Below are positions 25,619 to 38,259 of a stretch of 64,000 nt of DNA, piece after piece (positions within the stretch are counted from its first letter, which is position 1; every line of letters starts with the position of its first letter). Source of the DNA: Nageia nagi (taxonomy: Eukaryota > Plantae > Pinophyta); the NCBI GenBank assembly GCA_050084985.1, contig JBITNC010000001.1, forward strand, positions 82,708,001 through 82,772,000, read 5' to 3'. A model generated the notes under the pieces. That model had not been told where the DNA came from, did no database searches, and saw only the letters and a program-made list of their open reading frames with translations. The position numbers and the translations under genes were made by a program.

Positions 25619-26959
25619 CAAGGGGGAGTGAAGTTTAAACTTTTGTTAAGTGATGACAACTTCACCTCTAAGAGGCCTTTTTGATTATACATTCTAGACC
25701 TCCGTGGTAAGTTTGCTCTGTGTGACAAACTTGTACAATTGTTGTTATAGAGTGTTGATTATTTGATACCTCAGTGGTAAGTTTGCTCTGCGTGACAAAC
25801 TTGTTGTACATTTTATACCTCCGTGGTGAGTTTGCTCTGCGTGAGAAACTCGTTGTACAAATTTTTGAGCATATAATTAATATACCTTCGTGGTAAGTTC
25901 ACTCTGCGTGAGGAACTTGTTGTACATTCTAGACCTCCGTGGTGAGTTTGCTCTGCATGAGAAACTCGTTGTACAATTTTTATGCTCTATTTAAAATCAA
26001 CACATGTCTATATACAACAGGTGACTATGAGTGATGGCTTGGCATCTCCGTGATGGCTTATAGTGCACCATTGATCAGTTATTTATAAGATGGCATTATT
26101 TGATTCTCTTATTTGAATATATGATGCATCCAACTGATTTTGTTCATGAGTTGCTTGTAGCATGCAGGATCTTCTTCAGAAATGCAGGTTACTCACCTTG
26201 TGAAAGCAAGCTCATGGAGACTCACATGTCAGCTTAAAGTTGATCGACTACTATGTACAGTGAAACCAGTTGTGGTTAATGATTGTATTGTAAACTATTT
26301 TTTGTCAAATGGTAATGTAGTGAGTCTCATACTAGTTCTCAAAAAGATTCTCAAATATGTAAAAGTTCTCATCTCCACTTGTATCTCTATGGAGGAGAAC
26401 TCTCTCTTACTCTCTCTCTTCTCTCTTCTATGCTCTATCCCAATATTGCATTAAGGGGGAGTGTTAGAATTTGTAATGAAATATTGTGAATATCTAAACT
26501 CCTTGTAAATTCAATTAATCACTTAAGGGTATGTAGATACCTTAAGAGATTAATTGAATTCTTTAATATGTAGACTTTGACTTTACCAAAGTGGTTAGTT
26601 GGTAGGTTGAAGTTAGGTGATACATTTAATGTAACCCTAACCTTACCCTTGGGTTAAAGGAAGGTTAGGGAGGTGCTCTCAAGCTATAAATAGAGGGCCT
26701 CTCCTCTTGTAAACATATCTAAGTCTTGGAGTAAGATTACTCTACTTGGTTGTGTAGGAGAGAGCAAGAGAATAGTTGTAAGAGAGACATAGATTGAGAA
26801 TAGAGAACTAGTTGTGGATGTACTCCCAAGGAGGGAGGAACCACATTATATTGGTGTCATATTGTGTGAATGATGTTCTTAGAATTATAGATGATGAATG
26901 ATTTAGCTTCCTAGTCTAAGGTCCTAGAGGATTTGTTTAGATCTAGTTCAAATCCTTCA
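25619..26959 (+). mobile_element. 3' fragment of a Ty1/copia element: PPT-like motif, 3' UTR with hairpin array, PPT and 3' LTR (26462-26959)
   Basis: attaagggggag|TGTTAG...CCTTCA. LTR matches the solo LTR at 14141. The sequence is absent from the paralogous gypsy LTR copy at 29788. Confidence 0.88.
25698..25975 (+). repeat. Array of 5 x ~43-bp hairpin-forming repeats with variable spacers
   Basis: acctccgtggtRagtttgctctgcgtgaSaaactYgttgtaca at 25698, 25768, 25817, 25884 and 25933. Confidence 0.92.
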
Positions 26960-29900
26960 TTTAACTCCCCTTTTGATATGTGTTAGTTCATTACAACAAT
27001 TACAAGTGAAGATCAATGATTATCAAGCCTCTAACAACATTATCAAACCTTTAATTAGTAATCACCAAATTATTGTGCTATGATTTGCAAGGTTAGATCC
27101 TTATCAATGATGTTGCATTGCAAAAATGATGATGTTAGCATATGGTTTACCTCATCTTGACATGGTTCTTCAATAATGAACATCATACCATGAAGATGAT
27201 GACATTAACATATGATTTTATTGCATTGCAATAGGCATATTCTCAGATCCTAATAGGTGTATTCTTGTAGCAAGGGTTTTTTGCACGTGATAAAAGGTTT
27301 CCTTAACCATAGTAAGGGTTTTTTAATTGAAATAATCACTTTTTTTTTACTATGATAAGTTTTTGTTTGAAGATGTTAATTCTTTATTGATCCATTTTTG
27401 GATCATGCCTCCCAAATGGGTAGGCATTTGATTCCCAAATGCTTATAATATACAATAATGAGGAACAATAGTTCCCCAAGAAAACCCATACCATTATTGA
27501 CCCCATGTTGGATGTGTTGAAAATATCTAAGGATTCCATGACATAAATCCCTTAATCAAAATGTAATGGTGGTAAGGTTTTGCAGTCCTCTACACTTCCA
27601 CTCTATTGTATTACTTCTTCATCTTTGTTATCTTAGGATTTTCTCTCAATGTATGATTACAACATGGCTGAGTAAATTGTTGTTTATTCATTGGATGCTT
27701 TATTGTCATAAGTGTTAGTTTTTGGAAGCATTAATAATATCTTTTACATTCATTTCTATGAGAACAAAATTTGCAATTTTTCCCACATGAGATTTTATTG
27801 CAAATTTTCTACCCTCCTTAACAAGGCAATATTCATTCTTCATCCTACAATATATAGGATCCCTATAAAAAAAATAAGGACTTCCCAATACTATTCTAAC
27901 AACATCAATAGATAAAATATCAAATTAAACCTCATCAATATAATCAATATTAATGGAAAACCTCATCTTACATTGGTGTGTGACTTGCATATTTGTCAAA
28001 TTTCTTACCCACCCAAGTGGATAAGATAATGAATGAGGATATGTCCTCAATCCCAATTTTTAAACCAAGTTTTTAGAAATCATATTCACTTGAGAATTAG
28101 GATTAGCAAGTGCATCCATCTTCATCTTCTTAGCTTGGAATTTGATGTAAAGCAACTACTTTTTGTTCTCCTCTTCTTCACCTTTGGATGATGAGCCACT
28201 AAGAACCATGTAATATAGTGTTTCATCAATATTTAAGGAATTTACAACCTCACAAGTCTCTTATTCCTCTAATATTATCTTTCTCTATATCATTATCATT
28301 GCATTTTTCACTGGTTTCTCCTTAAATTTAGGTCTAAGTTTTGGGTGTGTATACCAACACTTATCCTTCTCATGCCCTATTTTCTTATAGTTCAAGCACT
28401 GAGTCTTCTTATCATCATTTTTCTTTATTGTTATAGAAACCTTGTCCTTCTCTTATGGCTTCTTCTTCATGAAAAATTTCTCCTCATTTTTGGACTTTCC
28501 ATGAGCCTCCAGGAGACGTGCTTGAACATAAACTTGATCCAAATATAAAGGATTAAAAAGCAAAATAATATGGAAAAGATAACTATGCAAACCTCTAATT
28601 TACTTCAATAAAGTCTCTAGGATTTTGAAGGAAACCCTAATTACAACAACCCTCTTCTTGAATTCATTCATGTATTCTTGGACACTTTATCCTTTCTCTT
28701 ATCTGAAATGGAGCTACTTCATGGTATGATTTTACCAATGGACAAGAGGATAAAATTGATTTTGTAGAATCTCCTTGAAATTCCTCTAACTTGAAATACT
28801 AATTTCATCACCATTCTTGACAACATCACAATATTCTTCCCACCAAACCAAACCATGCCTTTCAAGTTTGAATACAACAATCTCAATCTTCTCTTGGTCA
28901 TCTTCAACCTTTTGTACAATGAAAAATACTTTTAGTTGCTTCAACCATTGGTTTAAATTTTCAATATTAGTCTCTCATCCAAAGGATTTGAGATCAAACT
29001 TCATTTCTAACTTCAAAGGCAAATTCCTAGTTTGATATGAACTCTCTCCATTATTTGGTTCTTTCCTTACCTTAACAGTCTTCAACTCTACAAGTTTCTT
29101 CACCAAGTCTTGGAACATTTCTTCCATGCTTGATATCTTACTCTTCAACTCACCATTCTCCATAACCATTGCTCTTTACTTTCTCGACCAAATTTTAGAG
29201 CCAATCTCGAGGTCTACCTCCACCAAATCCTCTTCACTCCCAGATCTTGTCATAAGCATAAAATAACTATAACTTTGCAATTAATTAATAAATACCTAAC
29301 AATAATCTCAACCAACTCTGATATCTCATAATCTATAATCATAGGATGCTTATAACATACATGGATCCTCAAATACAAATTTTAAGACTTATTAATTTCT
29401 TATTCTATTCTATATCCCCAATCATTTTAATGCAATGACTACCTTTTAAATAACAATATAGAACAATAATTCCACTACATTCATTCTTACATGGAGAACA
29501 TAGAACAACATAAAATATTTCAAGAGTATTTCAATCTTATATATTTATTGCATAAGAACATTATATTCAACCAAACAGAGTTTGTCTTTACATCCCTAAA
29601 TTTGCAACTTTTCCTATGCAACTAAAATTGACTCCTCTACATTAAAAAGAAAGATAATTATTCCTCATTTTTCTAAATGATACCCCTTTAAACATATCTC
29701 TCTAAAAGTTTATAACTGAAATCGATGTCCTACGAGTTTCTCAAGGGCATTTCAACTTCTTCCATAAAGTCTACCAATCTTTTAACCTCTTTAAATCTCT
29801 TTTGAGTCTTTGATATGTGATGGGCCATTACAATAGTTATAGGGTAAAATCAATAATCATCATACCTTTAACAACATTACCAAATTTTTAATTGGTAATC

Positions 29901-31284
29901 ACCAAATTGCCGTGTTGTGATTTACAAGATCAAGCCTTTATCAATGATGTTGTATTGCAAAGATGATGATGTCAACATATGATTTGCCACATCCCAACAA
30001 GGGTCTTCAATACTAAACATCGCATGGTGAAGATGATGCCATCAAACCATGGTTTTCCACATCCCAACAAGGATATTCAATATTGAGCATTGCACTGTGA
30101 AGATGATGATGTCAGTATATGGTTTTACCACATCACAATAAGTATTTTCCCAAATTCTAATATATGTATTCTTATGGTAAGGGTTTTTTGCTAGCAAAAT
30201 TTTTTTTCCCTACCTACAAGGGTTTTCTGATCACAAAAATAATTTTTCTAATCATGGTAATCATTTTTTTTACTATGATAAGTTTTTGTTTCAAGATGTC
30301 AATTCTTTATTGATCCATTTTCAAATCATGTATCCATATTTTTGGACCTTCTAAGTACGAAAACAAACTTGTAAAGCTTCCAAACTATTGAACAAATGCC
30401 CCCAAAGCTATAGCCAAGGTTCACCCTCAATTTTAATAGGAAAAGGGATATTTTATCTTACAAAATACCCATAAAGTAGCAAAATAGTGCAACTAAATTA
30501 TTTATTGATTTGTAGCCTACAAATTGAAGTAAAATCTCATAGATTGTAGTTGAAATGATCCCAAACCAATAAGATCAAAGAGGGCTCTGAAAATACATAA
30601 GATTACATACCAACATACAATGGGCTTTTCTCCAAAATGGGATTTCTTGCAAATAGATGCCTCAAACTCTATTTTTTCTATAACAAACCCTAAAACCAAG
30701 ATAATAAATAGTTGTCCACCTCTCATAATACATTAAAGAGGAATGAAGTAGCATCTTAGGACATTTAAAAACGCTGCAATAGGGTATGGGTGTGAGTGAA
30801 GAGCTGAGGATAACTTTTAATTCTTTAACTACCCCAAAATTGTCCAAAGAATTGAAAATTTTTTTCATCATAATTTTATGAAAAATATGTATAAAAATTA
30901 TTCATAATTTCCATAAAAATTATTATGAATTCATTAATCATTATGTATAAAATGGAATTTTTTATGAATTCATGTATACATCAAAAATTCATGTCTTATC
31001 CTTATTTATTTCTACAACTTACAATGTTATCAATCTAGCAATCTATCCACACTTTGGCCAACCCAAATATCGATAAAATCATATTTGTATCATTTTAACA
31101 CAATCATTATCAATTTTTTTTAAATTAGTTTTATCTTAATTGCATTATGAACTTGATTATATTATCATCTTAATCACACAAGCCCTTAAACAAAAGATAA
31201 TGTTGATAATTTTGTAAGTACTTAGAAATTGCAAGTTCAAATATGCAAAGAAGATATCAAACTTCATAATAAATAAAAGATCGA

Positions 31285-31298
31285 TATATATATATATA

Positions 31299-31341
<43 letters not shown>
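31285..31341. repeat. (TA)n microsatellite
   Basis: Interrupted TA run seen directly. Confidence 0.95.
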
Positions 31342-31344
<3 letters not shown>

Positions 31345-32314
31345 GTTTTTGACTTTACTAATTTTTGTTTCACTTTTTAATCTAAAAATTACATAATAAT
31401 TTCAATATCAATGTAACAACTAAATACCCAAATTTAATATTTATAAGTACTATACATTCATTTTATTATTTGTGCACGCTTCTTTATTAGTATTATCTTT
31501 ATCAATTTAATATAAAATTTATAATATCACACACCAAATTTTCATTACAAAAACAATATAAATGAATTAACATAAATCAATTTAGTAACACATTTCTTAT
31601 AGTATTTCTCCAATTAAGATAACTAATACAAGCTTGACATTATTGTAATCTTATGGTTTGGGTTTGTTGATTATCGCATCTCCCACCCTTATGTTTATTT
31701 ACTTATTTTTTATAATTGGTTCTCTTCTCGAAGAATCTTTTCTCTAGTTCCTTTCTATTTCTTCAATTGTACCTCTTAGTCCTTTTAACCTTATTGATCA
31801 TATATGGATATTAGTATAATTATCATATATTATTTTAATTTTATTAGAAATAATAATTTAAATGCATAAATGATATATATTTATTTTTGGGTAAATTTGA
31901 TAGATCATAAAAACCATTAAGTTTAAAGGATGATAGAAGACATCATTTATTCATTCAATAACGAAGAAAACAAAAAATGTTAACGTTGTGAGATTCATTA
32001 AACAACTTTCCTGATAATAACTACTAAATTTTTTTTTAATATAAACGAAAAAATGAAATTTTACAATTTTATGTTATTGAATTGTAATCTTTCCATTATG
32101 AAATATCCAAATTCAAATCTCCTAATCTTTCAAGTATGAAAGAAAAAAAAAAAATACTACCAAATCATAAAAGTATGACGTAGATGATTTAACTAAAACA
32201 ATACCTTCAACAATTACTAACTGTCTAAAATAATTTTTTAATATATATATTTTTTATTTGTTTGATGACTTTCCCTTTGCCCTCTTACCTAGGAAGGAGT
32301 TACCTCTTCTCTAG

Positions 32315-32321
32315 TATAAAT
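32315..32321 (+). promoter_or_regulatory. Putative TATA box of gene 2
   Basis: TATAAAT 89 bp upstream of ATG 32404. Confidence 0.45.
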
Positions 32322-32403
32322 ATTATCATTGAACTTGGAATGGAAGGAGGAGGGGTTGCATGAAAGCCAAATATTTGGGTTTGACTTCTTATTCAATAAA
32401 CAA

Positions 32404-32640
32404 ATGGAAGACCCACCTAACTTCAACTTAGCAACCAAGCCGACCAAGACGCCACCTGCACCCGCACCCGCACCACCACTGGGACCAACTCCCGCAGGCG
32501 GCGGAGGAGCGGCGCCACCCCTGTCTACTCTTCCCCGTAAGAAGCGAAAAGTTACCGTCTCCAATAATTTGAACTCTCACGACTCCAAGTATTCTCAAAT
32601 TAGGACCTTGCTTAAAGACTTACGCCCGGTATTTATCAAG
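32404..32640 (+). CDS. Uncharacterised plant protein exon 1 (Pro-rich N-terminus, NLS PRKKRK)
   Basis: CpG-rich island. MEDPPNF...PRKKRKVTV...YSQIRTLLKDLRPVFIK, then AAG|gtaaac donor. Confidence 0.85.
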
Positions 32641-33963
32641 GTAAACGTTTTTGATCCTACTTGCAGGTTTTTTTCAGCCTCAAAAGTCCATTTTGTTTAG
32701 GGTTTCATAGTTAGGGTTTTATATTTTTCTGTAATTTTTGGTTGGAGTTTGTTGCCACAACTTTTAAGTTTTTCGCGGCAGAAATCATTCATGGTCCAGT
32801 GTAATATGATTTTGAATTACATGTTGTTTGAATCGTTAAGTTTTTAAAAGCTAATTTAGGCTTTTTTTTGGTCATGTTGGTTTTTATTTGGTAGTAGGAT
32901 TTTGATTACAATAGGCATTTTTTTTTTTTAAATTTCAGATATTTATTCTTTTTTTTTTTTTTTTCCCCTTTGCCTTGTCTTTTGAGGGTCTTGCACATGT
33001 CAGAGGTCGAATTTAGGACCTTGAACTACTAGACTTTCACAGTTATTAGCATTCCCATAGTGTGGAGCATTCTAAAAAGTTACTGATAATTGGCCTTATT
33101 CTGTAGTGCAATTTGTTCTTGCCAATTAAATGTGATTGAGGATAATAGCATAATTTAGAACTTTGTAAGTCATTTCGTCCCTAGAGGTTGGAACCTAAGA
33201 GAGCTTTTCAAGTATATAATGCCCAAGAGTGATCGGACACAAGAGCAGTGGTTTCATTATAATGTCTATATATCCAATGAGATTTTGATAAACTCCCCTT
33301 TTCAACATGGATACCCGAGGTAGCGTGTTTAGTTTGTTGTAGTACAAGTAAACCAGTAGGAGGGTTGTTGATGCTTCTACAATGGAAGTCATCTATTTTA
33401 TCAATCGATTTTTTATTAATGAAAATCATCCACTTTACCAATCTACCTTTAAAGTTATCCACTTTGCCAATCCACCTTTTATTTTGGTAGTTGTATACTT
33501 CGTTCATCTATTTTCTAATGTGGGGCATTAATAGGACTAGTTTTGGGAAATTAATATTTATCACTATTTGAATTTTACACATTCATATTATGCGGAGAGA
33601 CAACTACCCATCAGGATATGTGATGGGCTAAGTGCATTATCTTTGTGAATACAACTTCAATTCGCAGTAAGAACATCCAAAATTTCTCTTAAGGGAATGA
33701 AACCGTGCAAGCCTGCAAATTTTTTCTTCATTTTAAGCTCGTTGACTAATTTTTGAACTAGGTTCTAGTTACACTGACGATCATATGTTTTAACTCATTT
33801 CATCCTACACATAATTTTTTTTGACCTTTTATTGCTTTTTATCAACTCTTTTCAAATACATTTCTAGGATATTATTTGCATTTCCTCTTATAAGCATATT
33901 GTAAATGTCAAACTTAACCCACTTGTCAAGTGTTTTTCTCTCATAGTTGTTCGATGAAGCCTT

Positions 33964-35362
33964 TGTTGGCCTATGGTGTTGTCTTTGTTGTCAAAGTGAT
34001 TAATGACCTACGATGCTGCCATTGAGATGCTACCATTGCTATCCATAACACACTATCCCACAATGCCAAAGGTGAACAAGTCTTTCATTGTTGAATGATA
34101 ATTCTTGTTGAAGTTCTTCAGTGTACTAGTAATGAGGTGTTATCTTCAGTGTAGTAGTAATGAGGTGTTAAGTGTATTTTGTTAGTATGTCAACTGCATT
34201 CTTTTTATGTAAAAACCCTTGCAAGAAGTGTGTCAGAACCTGAAGATTTGAATTCGGGCATGTACAAGGTTTGCCAAGTGTCTAAGAGATGTACAACAAG
34301 GCTTGCTAATTGTTGAGCAAGGTATTGTCATTGTTGTCATCACACTTTGTTGGGCATGTACTGGTGAATTTATTATATAGTTATCATGATGATAGTAAGT
34401 GGAATTATTTAAGAAAATATTAGTTATCTTTGGAAGGGCATAACTTTTGACAAGTGCATCTAATTGAGTTGATTATTTCTTCATTAGATAGCCCTCGAAG
34501 AGATCTTTCTAACGAATATATATATATCTTTCATAAAGATTTAACCTTCATTTAAGCCATTTTGGTCAGGGGGTGTTTTGAAGGCTAAATTACGTTTTTC
34601 TTGCTTTAAAAGGCAAGAAAAACAAGAGTTTGTTTTTGGGGTGTGAGAGATGGTTGAATCCAATATGTTTATGTGTTAAAGAAAAGAATTGAGATGCAGA
34701 GATTGAGATCATTAGTGAGCAGAGTATGAGTTTGTTTGTATGTAGGGTTTGAGAAGATTGTAGAGTTTGGAGAGAAGCATTCAAAGAAAGTTTTATGAGC
34801 TAGACCATTCAGTCTTTTGATAGGGTTTAATTATCTTTGTATGTTGGTTTGGGAAGATTGTAGAGTTTGGATAGAAGCATTCAAAGAAAGAGTTTATGAG
34901 CTAGACCATTCAGGGTCTTTTGATAGGGTTTAATTATCTTCATCATAGTTTTATGATTTTTTAGTTGGTGCTGATAAATTAGGGGATTGATGTCTCCTTC
35001 CAATTGGTGCTAGTAAATTAGTGGATTGGTGTCTCCTTCTAGTTGATGCTGATAAATCAGGAGTTGGTGCTCCTTCTAGTTTGTGCTGGTAAATTGTTTG
35101 TAAAGTTGGTGCTTTACAAAGGCTAAATTTGGATGGAAGTTCAAGCAATAAAGTTGGTGCTTTACAAAGGCTAGATTTGGATGGAAGTTCAAGCAATGAT
35201 TTTCAAGGATGTAGCCAAATTGGTGAACCTCGTTACATTTTGTGTTGTGTGATGTTTTAGATGTGTTTGGTTTCAATTTTGTATTACTTTGATTTTAAAT
35301 ATTGAGAAATTAATTTACCACACTGATTCACCCCCCCTCTCAGTGTCATTGTGTGACTAACA
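33964..35362 (+). mobile_element. Sirevirus-like solo LTR in intron 1 of gene 2
   Basis: TGTTGG...CTAACA, flanks gcctt/acctt. C-rich terminal signal ctgattcacccccctctcag at 35324-35343. Internal tandem duplications at 34117-34170, 34753-34940 and 35101-35196. An alternative 5' end at 34220 is possible. Confidence 0.8.
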
Positions 35363-36511
35363 ACCTTCACTACATTTTCTTTAGTCACACCTAATAATGT
35401 TTATTGTTTTCTAACTTTCATTGTCATATTCCGTGCAATCCCAATTTGTGTTTGGTTTTCTGACTAAGAAAACCAAACTTTTTTTCTGAAATCAACAGAA
35501 AACCCAAGTGTGCTCCAAAAGTTTTCATCTAATACATATTGTCAAGGGAGAGTTGTCTTCTCTGCATTGCATTACTTTCTTGAAGCTGTCTTTCTACTTT
35601 CAACAGTTGCCTGTATTGCGTGGCAGCATGCGTCATTTCTAGAGGATGCATTGTGTAAATATTGGCATTATTCTATTTCTTAGTTAACAGTTCTGAATGG
35701 GATAACCTTCAAAACATATCAGGAAACATGTGATGATTTGTTTCATAATCAGTTACAAGTTCCTGTATCATTGGGAAGTGACAGATCAGCTTCTATAATG
35801 CCAGGTTAAATGAGATGACTAAGCAAGGAGTCCCGAATTGTGACAATGTTTACTTTTCATTCTAGCTTTATAAGCTGATGCTTTATCAGCTAGACACAAA
35901 AGATTGGGCACCTGTTGGATGCATCCTTGGCTCTCCAATAATGTGTCTACTCTCTAAAGCAGGTTGAATTGTAGATATTCAATCAGATTCCACAAGAAAC
36001 AGTCATTGCTTTTCATTTTATCAATTAGTTTTTAAACCTGCATCAGTCAGTTTTTCCATATTCCATTACAACTCGACGTTTATTTTTGATAAGTCTATCT
36101 GGCAATGCATATTATCTTGTTAGGCGACTTGTAGGATCTCTTACAAACAGAATGAGCTATGCAAACCCTAACCACCCATTGGGGAGTATTTTGAATATAT
36201 AAAATTGGGAAACCACCGTTGGCACATTCTTCACAACTTCACTTTGCAAGAAACTTCATTTATTTATTTATTTATGACCTTGAACCCTCTACCTTTTTTC
36301 CTAACTTGTCCAAAAGTGAACCAACTATTTCCACATAATATTCTTAGTTGCAACTTATTTGAAATAAGCTGTTAAGGGTTCCGCTCAAGGGTTCATTTTG
36401 CAAAAAGCTTATAATTCTATTGGATAGAAAGTACTGTGAAATTGTATTTTAGTTTTGGCTGTCTATTTCATCAGTAGTTGTTTTCATCACTTATGTTTTG
36501 GATGTTTGCAG

Positions 36512-36566
36512 ATGCTCAAAACTCCAGGCTACCGCAACAGTACACATGCACTTGAAATATGTGCAG
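36512..36566 (+). CDS. Uncharacterised plant protein exon 2
   Basis: tttgcag|ATG...GCAG|gtat. MLKTPGYRNSTHALEICA(G); phases (0 then 1) fit exons 1 and 3. Confidence 0.85.
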
Positions 36567-37289
36567 GTATTGATTACCCTATAAATATATATCTACTTTT
36601 CTTTAGTTGCACAGTCTTATTGTTATATTTTATAATTGACAGTGGTTCTATCCCAAGTAGAAGCTCTGTATAGAGCTTTTAAAAATCAAATATGTTTTTT
36701 TATGGCAAAGATATATTGCTTAATTGTAATTTATTCTGCCACATATGAATTTGTTATTAATATTCATATACAGAAATGACCTAACTGTTGTGTGCATGCA
36801 TGTGCTTTGATGGGATATTGTATTGCCTGATTAATATTAGTTTACCAAGGCTGACATAGTATTGTATTATTTAAGATTACATTTTTCATTTTTGTATGTT
36901 TTGCCAATTGACCTTGGCATACATTGAATGATCTAGATGAGTTGTTTATAAATAAAGATTCCTTCTACCACTGCTCATATTTGTGATGTAATCATTGTCA
37001 CATATTTGTCTTTTTTCAAGTGTGAATTAAGAGTGCTATACGGGGCTTCCATATACTCCTTGTATGTTGAAGATCACTCTTTATTATTGTGAAGATGTCT
37101 TGCATTTTTTTTTAAAAATGTCAATGCATCTTTAATTGCAATAATGATTATCTGCAAGATGATCAAAGGCTATTTGTTTACTAGACATTACTGCGAATTC
37201 CTAAATGCTAATGTTTGGGAATGCTTGAGATGCATTTGCACACAATGTGTGTAGCACACCTATTATGCTTCTATTAAACAATCAGACAC

Positions 37290-38259
37290 ATTACTGTTTT
37301 TTTGGTATTAGTCATGGACATTTTAAGGTCCTCAAACCATTACAAAAGAGGTTGACTTCCAAATAAACGTTTCTCACAACAACCTGTTTGAGACCTATCT
37401 AATAAAAAGTAGAGTTTATTCTAAGTAATCTACCTTACTAGTCGTTATCACAAAGGTATTTGAAACAAAAAACCATAACCCATAATTACTCAAAATCACC
37501 ATCCAGGGGCTCCTTTGCTGCCTCCTGGGTATCAACATCTTTAAAAAATGCTTGTGTCAACTTGACATAATGCATTACCTTAGTTGAAAGTAGGTTCAGG
37601 AAAGCAATAGTGCTAACCAAGGTTTGGGAAAGACTGAACATCAGCTCAAAGTTAAGCTTTACCTCCTCCAGTGTTACCTTCCTAGCTTCCCCCTGTGCAT
37701 CAGCTGGCTCCTGAGCAAAGGATGTCGTCTCATGAATCTGGTCCCTGGCTGCCTCCTCCTGAATCAAGTCCTTGGCTGCCTCCTCCTGAATCAAGTCCTT
37801 GGCTGCCTTCTCATGAATCCGGTTCCTAGTTGCTTTCATATCCTTAGCTGCTTCCTTGGTGGTTACCTTGGTTGCCTTTCTCTTTCCCTTCTTATCTGCA
37901 TTTGGGTTAACTTCCTTGGCATCGGACTCTAACAGTTCCTTGCATTTAACTTTCGCTTTCACTCCCTTGCTGCTATCATCAAAATCTTTCTGTCAAGACC
38001 CCAACAATAATTGTTCCTTTGTGATGGGGAGACCACTCTTCTGAGGCGTACCTCCAATCTTTTTAACCCCCCTTGGCAGCCATGTGCGTCACTATCATCT
38101 TCAGTAATCCCCGATGCAAGGGGATTTTGTTTTTTGATGCTTTAGCTTGTTTGACAAACTTCTCCAAAGAATTGAGGGGAAACACTGGGATGTTCATTGG
38201 TGTTCCATGCCTCATGAAATTCAGAATAACTATGTGATGGCCAAACAAATGTCTAAATT
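37290..38259 (-). mobile_element. 3' half of an accessory-ORF retroposon (continues from 45261): ORF C-terminus with 27-bp repeats, 3' UTR and A-rich tail
   Basis: FRHLFGHHIVILNFMRHG...PLHRGLLKM, then K/E-rich region with AAKDLIQEE repeats (stop at 37486). Minus-strand tail ...ggtttgaggacc...aataccaaaaaaac. Confidence 0.7.

Larger units (their letters stand above)
25150..30330 (-). mobile_element. Decayed Ty3/gypsy structure: two ~1-kb LTR-like copies (25200-27410, interrupted by a copia fragment; 29330-30330) flanking gag-protease
   Basis: 25215-25618 plus 26960-27410 align with 29350-30330. Degenerate Met PBS (actctgatatc, ~29315). Minus-strand gag LVWWEEY...NQFYP...SVQEYMNEFKK (28655-28950) and protease-like DALANPNSQVNMIS (~28080-28118). 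Confidence 0.75.

Noticed and set aside
25698-25975. CRISPR array or hammerhead ribozyme array
   Set aside because: Eukaryotic retroelement context, no cas genes, and irregular spacers as short as 6 nt. The CUGAUGA-stemII-GAAA hammerhead core is not present (ctgcgtga-gaaa has no stem II).
32289-32564. Antisense Gly/Pro-rich ORF
   Set aside because: Shadow of GC-rich exon 1 of gene 2.
33195-33507. Minus-strand ORFs in intron 1 of gene 2
   Set aside because: No recognisable domain, splice structure or TE hallmarks.
34220-34230. Alternative 5' end of the intron-1 solo LTR (accct|tgcaag)
   Set aside because: 33964 gives a better terminal inverted repeat and matches the 5' end of the related LTR at 42452; not fully excluded.
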